From a bacterium (GTDB taxonomy: Bacteria; UBA8248): a DNA stretch of 64,000 nt. The position numbers and the translations under genes were made by a program. The DNA lies in assembly GCA_965221165.1 (NCBI GenBank), contig CBDCRP010000002.1, positions 928,001 through 992,000 on the forward strand, given 5' to 3'. Numbering within the stretch: position 1 is the first letter of the stretch; every line of letters begins with the position of its first letter. Under the pieces are notes generated by a model. That model was not told where the DNA came from. It did not search any database and worked only from the letters and a program-made list of their open reading frames with translations. This document shows, piece after piece, positions 19,658 through 27,636 of the stretch.

Positions 19658-20575
19658 TCAAAACCTACGCAAGACAATAAAACGCGCCAAGGATTCCAGC
19701 TCAAGGGCTTGATTAGGGAAAATTTCAAGCGCTTGCAACGCTTCCTCGCAAGTGGAGCGCGCCAGTTTTTTCGATGTTTCTATGCCGTACAAGGCGGGAT
19801 AAGTCGCTTTGTTCAATCCCTCATCCGAACCCGTGGGCTTTCCCATGAGCGCTTCATCGCCTTCCACATCCAAAACGTCATCCACAATTTGGAACGCCAG
19901 CCCGATCTTCTCCCCATAAACACGCAGCGCCTCCATCTGCGCTTCATCGCCGCCACCGAGGAGGCCCCCCAAACAAACGGAAACTCTCAAAAGCGCACCC
20001 GTCTTTCTCCTGTGGATCTCCTCTAGATGCCCCACATCACTTACCAGGCCATTCGCCCGGATGTCCAAAAGCTGTCCTCCCACCATGCCCGTTGCGCCTG
20101 CCGCCTCCGCGAGCATCCGAGTCGCCTTCACATGACGTTCAGGGGAAATTTTTTCACCCATATCCTCATTCGCCACCAACTCGAAGGCCAGGGTCTGCAA
20201 TCCATCACCCGCAAGAATCGCTGCCGCCTCACCATAAACCTTGTGATTCGTAGGCATCCCCCGCCTGAGGTCATCGTCATCCATGGCGGGCAAATCATCA
20301 TGGATCAAAGAGTAGGAATGAATACATTCGAGAGCGCACGCAGCGGGCAGAATCCATTCAGGACTCCCACCTACGGCTTCACATCCGGCCACACAAAGCA
20401 CGGGGCGCAAGCGCTTACCCCCTGCGAAAAGGCTATAGCGCATAATCTCGAAAATCTCAGGAGGCTCAGACGATTTCGGCACAAGACGATCGAGTTCTTC
20501 TTCCACACGTTTCGCCCAACCGTTCAGGTAAACCGCCGCATCGATGCCACCTGGAACCCCGGTTTCATTCATCAT
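19658..20575 (-). CDS. ispA: Farnesyl diphosphate synthase
   Basis: GGKRLRP, SLIHDDLPAMDDDDLRRG, FQIVDDVLD; xseB-ispA-dxs synteny; exact start among several ATGs uncertain. Confidence 0.93.
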   Translation of the reverse strand: MMNETGVPGGIDAAVYLNGWAKRVEEELDRLVPKSSEPPEIFEIMRYSLFAGGKRLRPVLCVAGCEAVGGSPEWILPAACALECIHSYSLIHDDLPAMDDDDLRRGMPTNHKVYGEAAAILAGDGLQTLAFELVANEDMGEKISPERHVKATRMLAEAAGATGMVGGQLLDIRANGLVSDVGHLEEIHRRKTGALLRVSVCLGGLLGGGDEAQMEALRVYGEKIGLAFQIVDDVLDVEGDEALMGKPTGSDEGLNKATYPALYGIETSKKLARSTCEEALQALEIFPNQALELESLARFIVLRRF

Positions 20576-20834
20576 CTTCATCATCTTCAAATGGTTGCAA
20601 CAAAAATGTTTCTTCCGACTCTCCCACGAGTTCCTCCACCCTCTTTTGCGCCGCGTTCAATTGCTCTCGGCTATAGCGGAAAAGCTTCACGCCCTCTTCA
20701 TATAGCGAAACGGCTTCTTCTAAGGAGGGCTCACCCCCTTCGAGTTTATCCACGATGACTTCCAAACGCTCTAGCGCAGCCTCAAAACTCTTTGGTTCCG
20801 CATCGGGATTCGCGGATTCATTTCCAGTACTCAT
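20565..20834 (-). CDS. xseB: Exodeoxyribonuclease VII small subunit
   Basis: SFEAALERLEVIVDKLE..SLEEAVSLYEEG; ATGA overlap with xseA. Confidence 0.95.
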   Translation of the reverse strand: MSTGNESANPDAEPKSFEAALERLEVIVDKLEGGEPSLEEAVSLYEEGVKLFRYSREQLNAAQKRVEELVGESEETFLLQPFEDDEDDE

Positions 20835-22231
20835 GGGCCCTCTCCTTCCGGGAAGACTTCTTCTACTCGGCACAACAAGCCGCCCTCCGATAAACGAATC
20901 CGCACGGATTCTTTCTCTTTCACATCACCGGCTTTTTTAACCAGTGCACCATCGGGCTCTTTACGCACCAAGCTATACCCCCGCGCCAAAACGGCGAGCG
21001 GCGATACCAATTCAAGGCGTCCAGCGGCAGTTTCGAGCGCATCCGTCCTGCGTCTCACAAACAATGCGCGCGCCGCACGCAAACGCTTTGCATGGCCTTC
21101 CAGCCTCGATAGGGAAACCCCGATTTTCTCTTTGGGCGATATCGCCCGCAGCCTCGGAACTATCCCGGCTAAATACGTCCACCGCATTTGTTGCCGATGC
21201 CTCGCTTCTCTACCCATGCGTTCATAGAGGGCATCCACGCGTTGGGCCAATACCTCAAGCGGGGCTTCCGGTCTTCTGAAAGCGGGCTCCCTGAGCAAAC
21301 GAGAAAATCTGGCATCGAGCGAGGCTATTTGCTCCCCTATTGCTCGGCGCATATCATCAAACAAATCGTTTATGTCTCGGGCAACACCCTGCCAGCCTCT
21401 GGCCACGCGCTCCGCCGCTGCCGTAGGCGTAAGCGCCGACTCATCGGCCGCCAGATCACTAAGCGACGTATCGACCTCATGGCCTACCGCTGAAATGAGC
21501 GGCGTCCTGCATCCGGCGATCGCCCGAACCACTTCCTCTTCGTTGAACGCCCACAAATCCTCCCGGTTTCCCCCGCCGCGGCCCATGATGATGAGATCTA
21601 CGGGACATCTCATATTTGCGAGGCCTTGGTCCGCTTTTTGAATCGCCCCTGCGATAGAAGATGCGGCGTTTTCTCCTTGCACCGGCGTGTGAACGATGAC
21701 GAGTTCTACAATCGGCGCGCGCTCTTTGAAAACCCGCAACATATCCTGGAGGGCGGCGCCCTCTCTGCTCGTCACCAATGCCACACGATGGGGGCGTTCA
21801 GGAATCTCTTTTTTTCGTTCAGGTGCGAAGAAACCCTCTTTTTCCAATCGTTCATGTAACTGGCGAAAAGCAACCTCGAGCGCGCCTTCTCCCAGGGGCT
21901 CCATAGAAAGCGTCGACACCTGGAAACGCCCGTCTTTCTCATACAGCGTCACCCGGCAACGGATCATCACGCGCATACCTACTTCCGGCTCAAAGCGCAA
22001 AAACCGCCTGCGGCCCGAAAATATTACTGCGCTCACCTTGGACGTGGTGTCTTTTAAGTCAAAATAGGAATGCCCCGATGGATAAGTGCGCCAGGAGAAA
22101 ATTTCCCCCTCAACGAGAACCTCACCAAATTCCCCTTCCAATAATTCTCTCACGCGCGCGTTGAGTTGTGAGACGGTGAGCACCGCAGGGGTTGCGTGAG
22201 GCGTATTGTCACCGAGAAGGTCCACACTCAT
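20831..22231 (-). CDS. xseA: Exodeoxyribonuclease VII large subunit
   Basis: TVSQLN, SGHSYFDLKD, RGGGNREDLWAFNEE, SAVGHEVD, LARGYS. Confidence 0.96.
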   Translation of the reverse strand: MSVDLLGDNTPHATPAVLTVSQLNARVRELLEGEFGEVLVEGEIFSWRTYPSGHSYFDLKDTTSKVSAVIFSGRRRFLRFEPEVGMRVMIRCRVTLYEKDGRFQVSTLSMEPLGEGALEVAFRQLHERLEKEGFFAPERKKEIPERPHRVALVTSREGAALQDMLRVFKERAPIVELVIVHTPVQGENAASSIAGAIQKADQGLANMRCPVDLIIMGRGGGNREDLWAFNEEEVVRAIAGCRTPLISAVGHEVDTSLSDLAADESALTPTAAAERVARGWQGVARDINDLFDDMRRAIGEQIASLDARFSRLLREPAFRRPEAPLEVLAQRVDALYERMGREARHRQQMRWTYLAGIVPRLRAISPKEKIGVSLSRLEGHAKRLRAARALFVRRRTDALETAAGRLELVSPLAVLARGYSLVRKEPDGALVKKAGDVKEKESVRIRLSEGGLLCRVEEVFPEGEGP

Positions 22232-22244
22232 CCGAAAATCCTCA

Positions 22245-23117
22245 TCAGTTCGGTGTCTTCTCTCCTTGCAATTCAAGAGAATACGCGCGAACCGTGTTCA
22301 TCATCAGCATGGCGACCGTCATTGGCCCCACCCCGCCCGGCACGGGAGTGATGGCGGAAGCTTTTTCACGTAAAGGTTCGAAATCACAATCGCCGACCAA
22401 TTCTCCGTCCACCCGGCTGATACCAACGTCAACCACGGTCGCACCTTGCCGTACCATATCCGCCGTCAAGAATTTCGGCCTCCCCAAGGCAGCCACGACG
22501 ATATCGGCTTCTCGCGTGATCGAAGGGATGTCTCGGGTTCGGGAGTGGCACACCGTCACCGTCGCATTTTCATGCAACATCAAAATGGACAAGGGAAGCC
22601 CCACAATCTTGCTGCGCCCGATGATGACGGCTTTTTTTCCTTCCAGGCCAATATCGTAGAATTTCAAAATTTCAAGCACCCCGGCAGGCGTGCAGGGCTT
22701 GAGCGTACCTTGCTTGAGCGCCAGCTTTCCAAAATTTTCCGGATGAAACACATCGGCATCTTTTTCTGGGGACACCGTCCGCAAAACTTCTTCTTCATTC
22801 AAATGCCCGGGAAGCGGCAACTGGACCAATATCCCATCCACTTTTTCATCCTGGTTCAACTCTTCGATAAGCGAGACGATTTCCTCTTGGCTCGTATCCT
22901 CGGCCAAGCGATGATCAAAAGTCTCGATACCGAGTTTCTTGGCCGAACGGCCTTTGATGCGGACATATACCTGAGAGGCCGGATCCTCGCCCACGAGAAC
23001 GACGGCCAGACCGGGTGGTCTGCCCTTCCGGGGAATCAGGGCATCAATGGAGGCTTTAAGCTCCTCCATGACCTTTTCCGCCACAGGTTTACCTTCGAGG
23101 AGTAAGGCTTGTGCCAT
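22245..23117 (-). CDS. folD: Methylene-THF dehydrogenase/cyclohydrolase
   Basis: GILVQLPLP, PCTPAG, GRSKIVG, TPVPGGVGPMT. Confidence 0.97.
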   Translation of the reverse strand: MAQALLLEGKPVAEKVMEELKASIDALIPRKGRPPGLAVVLVGEDPASQVYVRIKGRSAKKLGIETFDHRLAEDTSQEEIVSLIEELNQDEKVDGILVQLPLPGHLNEEEVLRTVSPEKDADVFHPENFGKLALKQGTLKPCTPAGVLEILKFYDIGLEGKKAVIIGRSKIVGLPLSILMLHENATVTVCHSRTRDIPSITREADIVVAALGRPKFLTADMVRQGATVVDVGISRVDGELVGDCDFEPLREKASAITPVPGGVGPMTVAMLMMNTVRAYSLELQGEKTPN

Positions 23118-23170
23118 CTTCATCCTTTATCATCGGGCGCACCGGAGGCGGATTTTATCGCACTTGGCGA

Positions 23171-24142
23171 CTAGACCAGAATTTTTCCATCCTGAATGAT
23201 CAACCGATCATCCGCCCACACTGTGGGATTGTCAAAAATCATGTCAATGTGGAGCGGGGCGTCGATATTGCCTCCGATACTCCCACTATCGCCCACCGCC
23301 ATGTGACAAGTACCCCACGTTTTTTTCGCCTCCCGCATCGTCTCCCGAGGCCGGCAAGCCGGATTCGTGCCAATCGCGAATTCAGCCACGTTCTTCGCCA
23401 AATCCCCGTTTTCATCCAGTAACTTCCAGAACCGCTCCGCGGCGGCGCTTCCCGTGATGGATGCAACTTTGCCGTCCTTAATCTCAAGACGCATGGGCTC
23501 GGTGACAAAGCCCAAATCTTTTCGCTCGATGGAAAAAGGATTCACCATCACTCCGTTGGATGTACCCTCCAAGGGACTCATGGCCGCTTCTCCATCGGGA
23601 CATGCCGCAAATTCTCCAGATTTTCTCGCCACGCCAATGAGAGGAAAACATGTTCTTCCCTCCAGGGAAAAGTGCATGTCGCATCCATCCGGCGTCGTGA
23701 ATCGGCCCGTTTTGGCTTCGGTGTATATGTCGGAAATTGTTCGGGTGACCCGGGCGACTTCGTCGTAATCCGCCAAGGCGCCACCGGCGACCATCATATC
23801 CTCACGCCATCCCCACATGTCCAGAACGCGCGCGCCCTGCCTGAGCGCGTTCCTCGCCGTCTCGGTATGAATCGTGGCGAAGCTGGTCTGGAGAATCACC
23901 ACATCAGAGGCCGCCATTGCCGCCCCCACATGCGGCAGCGGGTCGATCCCTCCATTCAAGTGCGGGGGCATGTGCATGATGGATAGCTTGGCACCCGCGG
24001 CGCTCAAAGCATGCGCAAGTGCTTCCGTGACTGAGGCTGGACGATCCGAATCCGTTACGAGAAGCACCAGTTCGCCCTCTTTCACGTCAAGAACCTGCTC
24101 TACGATTCGTCTGGCGGTAGGCGCCATATTAAACTTTATCAT
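23171..24142 (-). CDS. M29/aminopeptidase T-like metalloprotein (NicX-like fold)
   Basis: PDGEA, EFAIGTNP, GTCHMAVGD, HIDM. Confidence 0.8.
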   Translation of the reverse strand: MIKFNMAPTARRIVEQVLDVKEGELVLLVTDSDRPASVTEALAHALSAAGAKLSIMHMPPHLNGGIDPLPHVGAAMAASDVVILQTSFATIHTETARNALRQGARVLDMWGWREDMMVAGGALADYDEVARVTRTISDIYTEAKTGRFTTPDGCDMHFSLEGRTCFPLIGVARKSGEFAACPDGEAAMSPLEGTSNGVMVNPFSIERKDLGFVTEPMRLEIKDGKVASITGSAAAERFWKLLDENGDLAKNVAEFAIGTNPACRPRETMREAKKTWGTCHMAVGDSGSIGGNIDAPLHIDMIFDNPTVWADDRLIIQDGKILV

Positions 24143-24333
24143 TTGATCACCCCTGCGTATTGGAAGCTAAGAATTGACGATGCCTCGATTGGAAATAAAT
24201 CGATTTCCGACGAAAATTCCCTAGATTCATCGCATTATATGGGCCTATGAAACATAGTCGCAAGGGCGCGACTTGATGTGCGAAAATCAGTTGCAATTGA
24301 TCGATTTCACTTCACAATAAAGCGAGCAAAAAG

Positions 24334-24804
24334 ATGCAGACCCCCAGAAACCCTTATCTTACGGTGGACATCATCATCGAGTTCAAGAGCGAGATGGGCG
24401 AGGAGGGCGTTGTAATGATCCAGCGTAAAAATCCTCCTCATTGCTGGGTGCTGCCGGACGGATTCGTCGATTACGGAGAAACACTCGAAGCAGCCGCAGT
24501 TCGAGAAGCAAAGGAGGAAACCTCACTAGACGTGAAACTGATTCGTCAGTTTCATGCTTATAGCGACCCCAAGCGCGATGAGAGGCAGCACAACGTCACG
24601 GTGGTGTTCATCGCAAGGCCCCTTGGCGGTACGCTCCAAGCGCGAGACGATGCGAGGCGCGCAGTCGTTTTCAGTAAAAATTCCCTGCCCTCCAAAATTG
24701 CATTTGATCACGAAGAAATACTAAGCGATTATTTTTCAAAGATGTATTGGTATGAATCGCCAGGGCGAAAGGCATATCGAAACACACTATGCTATCATGA
24801 GTGA
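24334..24804 (+). CDS. NUDIX hydrolase
   Basis: Nudix box [23 protein letters not shown]; YSDPKRD; AFDH. Confidence 0.92.
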   Translation: MQTPRNPYLTVDIIIEFKSEMGEEGVVMIQRKNPPHCWVLPDGFVDYGETLEAAAVREAKEETSLDVKLIRQFHAYSDPKRDERQHNVTVVFIARPLGGTLQARDDARRAVVFSKNSLPSKIAFDHEEILSDYFSKMYWYESPGRKAYRNTLCYHE

Positions 24805-24810
24805 ATAATG

Positions 24811-24844
24811 CGGGGAAACACATGTGTTTCCCCGATTTTTCTTT
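24811..24844 (+). terminator. Perfect 24-bp palindrome followed by a T-tract (terminator or operator)
   Basis: CGGGGAAACACATGTGTTTCCCCG followed by ATTTTTCTTT. Confidence 0.55.
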
Positions 24845-24863
24845 GACATAGGATTTACAAGAC

Positions 24864-25559
24864 ATGGGCGGACTCCTCGGAAGTTTCGGGCGCGGATTCG
24901 AATGGATTCAAAAGGACATCGCAGCCGTCATGGAGCGCGACCCCGCCTGCCGAACGAAAACGGAAGTGATTCTCTGCTATCCGGGATTTCACGCCGTCTG
25001 CCTGCACCGGATGGCACACTTTTTCTGGAAACGGGGATTTCTGCTGATTGCGCGTTGGCTGAGCCACTGGAACCGGTTCATAACGGGTATCGAAATTCAT
25101 CCAGGCGCTCAGATTGGCGAAGGTCTTTTCATCGACCATGGAATGGGCGTCGTCATCGGAGAAACGACGCAAATCGGAAAAAATTGCACCATCTATCAAG
25201 GGGTGACGCTCGGCGGCGTAAGCCTCAAGAAAGAAAAAAGACACCCCTCGTTAGAGGATAACGTCGTCGTCGGCGTTGGCGCCCAGGTGTTGGGTCCGCA
25301 CGTTATCGGCGCCGGCAGCCGCATCGGTGCAAGTTCGGTCGTCATTTCAGACGTTCCGCCCGGCTGCACGGTTGTCGGCGTGCCCGCACGCATTGTCTAC
25401 CGAGAGGGGCAAGGCAGAACGGATGATCTGCTCCCCGTTTCTTTTGAGCACCACGAATTGCCGGATCCGGTAGAAGCAGCCATTCAAGCCCTGAACCAGC
25501 GCATTGCGGCTCTTGAAAAAGAACTGTCCCAGGTGCGAGAGCCGACACAGGAAAAATAA
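24864..25559 (+). CDS. cysE: Serine O-acetyltransferase
   Basis: [41 protein letters not shown]. Confidence 0.96.
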   Translation: MGGLLGSFGRGFEWIQKDIAAVMERDPACRTKTEVILCYPGFHAVCLHRMAHFFWKRGFLLIARWLSHWNRFITGIEIHPGAQIGEGLFIDHGMGVVIGETTQIGKNCTIYQGVTLGGVSLKKEKRHPSLEDNVVVGVGAQVLGPHVIGAGSRIGASSVVISDVPPGCTVVGVPARIVYREGQGRTDDLLPVSFEHHELPDPVEAAIQALNQRIAALEKELSQVREPTQEK

Positions 25560-25567
25560 GAGGCCTC

Positions 25568-26737
25568 ATGAAAACCATCTACATGGACCACAATGCAACC
25601 ACCCCGATGCGTCCTGAGGTTTTGGCCGCGATTCAGCCGTATCTCGGTGAGAAGTTTGGAAATCCGAACAGTATTCACCGATATGGCCGGGAAACAAGAG
25701 TAGCGATTGAAAACGCCCGCGACCATGCGGCGGCCCTCATCGGCGCTGCGGATAGTGATGAAATTTTCTTCACCTCCGGTGGGACGGAAAGCGACAATTG
25801 GGCGCTTCGGGGCGTCATCTCCGCCGCTCAAGGAACATGCCATGTCATCACCACGGCAATCGAGCACGAGGCCGTACTCACGACATGCCAGATGCTGGAA
25901 GCGGAAGGGGTGGAAGTCACCTATGTGAAACCGAATCGGAAAGGACGCGTTTCGCCTGATGATGTGGCCTCGGCGATTCGACCGAACACGAAAATCGTGT
26001 CCGTTATGTGGGGCAACAACGAAGTCGGCACCATCCAACCGATTCATGAAATCGGCGCTATCTGTCGGGAGCGTGGAATCGTGTTTCACACGGACGCCGT
26101 GCAGGCCCTGGGCAAGGATTCCATCGACGTAGAACAAGCCGGGGTGTCTCTGCTTTCAGCCAGTGGGCACAAAATCAACGGTTCCAAGGGCACGGGCTTT
26201 CTGTATGTAAAAAAAGGGACAGAGATCGACCCCTTTATCACCGGCGGCGGGCAGGAACAAAAACTGCGCTCGGGCACGGAAAACGTGGCCGGTATCGTGG
26301 CGATGGGAGAAGCCTGTCGTTTTGCGAAAGACGAAGGCCCGCTATTCGCAAAGAACATTTCCGCCCTAAGGGATCGGCTCGAAAACGAAATTTGCGAACA
26401 CGTTCCCGACGTACTGGTCAACGGCGACACGGATCATCGACTTCCCGGCACATCGAACTTAGGCTTCATCGGCGCGGAAGGGGAAACGCTCCTGATTCGT
26501 CTCGATTTAGAGGGCATCGCGGTGAGCACCGGCGCGGCTTGCAGTTCAGGCTCTCCCGAGCCCAGCCACGTTTTGCTGGCGATGCACTTGCCAAAGGAAA
26601 CCGTGCAAGGCTCGCTGAGATTCAGCCTCGGCTACGGAAACTCGGATGAGGATATCGATAGATTGCTCGAAGTGTTGCCGGAGGCCGTCAGTAAAGTTCG
26701 CGAAATGGCGCCTCGCCTAAAATCAACGAAAACATGA
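25568..26737 (+). CDS. iscS: Cysteine desulfurase (group I)
   Basis: YMDHNATT, FTSGGTES, HTDAVQ, SGHK, RSGTEN, STGAACSS. Confidence 0.93.
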   Translation: MKTIYMDHNATTPMRPEVLAAIQPYLGEKFGNPNSIHRYGRETRVAIENARDHAAALIGAADSDEIFFTSGGTESDNWALRGVISAAQGTCHVITTAIEHEAVLTTCQMLEAEGVEVTYVKPNRKGRVSPDDVASAIRPNTKIVSVMWGNNEVGTIQPIHEIGAICRERGIVFHTDAVQALGKDSIDVEQAGVSLLSASGHKINGSKGTGFLYVKKGTEIDPFITGGGQEQKLRSGTENVAGIVAMGEACRFAKDEGPLFAKNISALRDRLENEICEHVPDVLVNGDTDHRLPGTSNLGFIGAEGETLLIRLDLEGIAVSTGAACSSGSPEPSHVLLAMHLPKETVQGSLRFSLGYGNSDEDIDRLLEVLPEAVSKVREMAPRLKSTKT

Positions 26738-26746
26738 GAAGAAACC

Positions 26747-27130
26747 TTGGCTCCAAAAGACGATTATCACTATAACGAGATTGTGCTCGCCCATATTGCG
26801 GATCCACACAACATCGGCGCAATCGAAAATGCAGACGCCCAGGGGAGCGGAACGAACCCCGCCTGCGGCGATGAAGTAACGCTCTATCTCAAATTCGAAG
26901 GCGATACGGTCTCGGACGCCAAGATGCAGATTCTCGGTTGCGGGGCGATTACCGCTGCGATGAGTTCGTTGACGGACCTGGTGCGCGGCATGACCGTTGA
27001 TGAGCTAGGACAAATCACTGCAGAGGAAATCACGAAAAGCGTCGACGGTCTCCCATCCCACAAGCGCCACTGCGCCACTCTCGCCCGGCGCGTGCTGCAA
27101 AACGCCCTGAAATCGAAAAACGCAAGCTGA
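26747..27130 (+). CDS. iscU: Fe-S scaffold, IscU/NifU-N type
   Basis: NPACGDE, GCGAITA, LPSHKRHC; directly after iscS. Confidence 0.9.
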   Translation: MAPKDDYHYNEIVLAHIADPHNIGAIENADAQGSGTNPACGDEVTLYLKFEGDTVSDAKMQILGCGAITAAMSSLTDLVRGMTVDELGQITAEEITKSVDGLPSHKRHCATLARRVLQNALKSKNAS

Positions 27131-27136
27131 CCCCTC

Positions 27137-27598
27137 ATGAGGACATCACAACCGGTTAAAATACTGGAACTCACCGGTTTCAAGGGTTGGGCGTTACGCG
27201 CCGATACACATGCGACGCCCGAGAATATCGGCCTCATGCAGGCCCGCCTGCTCAAGATATGCAGGAATCTTCCCAGAATCGGTCCCGCTTGCGGACTCGA
27301 CTATGGAGAGAAGGGATACGAAGCCTGCCGGCGAGCGCTCACAGACCTGCCCAAACCCGAGGATCTGCATGAAACGAACTTTCCGGGCGGATGGCATGCG
27401 GTGGGAACGCACATCGGGGGATACGACACGCTCGCAGTCACATTGGGGGAGATGCTCGAACTATGGCTGCCGCACAGCGGATTCAAGAGAAGAGAGGGAC
27501 CGTTGGTGTACCGGTACATCGCCGACCCCCGCGAAACGATAGAGACCGACATCAGAACCGAAATCTGCGTGCCCGTTCAACCCGACCCGATTGAGTGA
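27137..27598 (+). CDS. GyrI-like small-molecule-binding protein
   Basis: FPGGWHAVGTHIGGYD, WLPHSG, RTEICVPV. Confidence 0.8.
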   Translation: MRTSQPVKILELTGFKGWALRADTHATPENIGLMQARLLKICRNLPRIGPACGLDYGEKGYEACRRALTDLPKPEDLHETNFPGGWHAVGTHIGGYDTLAVTLGEMLELWLPHSGFKRREGPLVYRYIADPRETIETDIRTEICVPVQPDPIE

Positions 27599-27636
27599 GC
27601 GCCTGAAACAACCGTATTTCCCCTATTTTCAGCCCA

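Noticed and set aside
24286-24301. Imperfect palindrome ATCAGTTGCAATTGAT in a divergent promoter region
   Set aside because: Single short instance with no regulator nearby; cannot be distinguished from chance.
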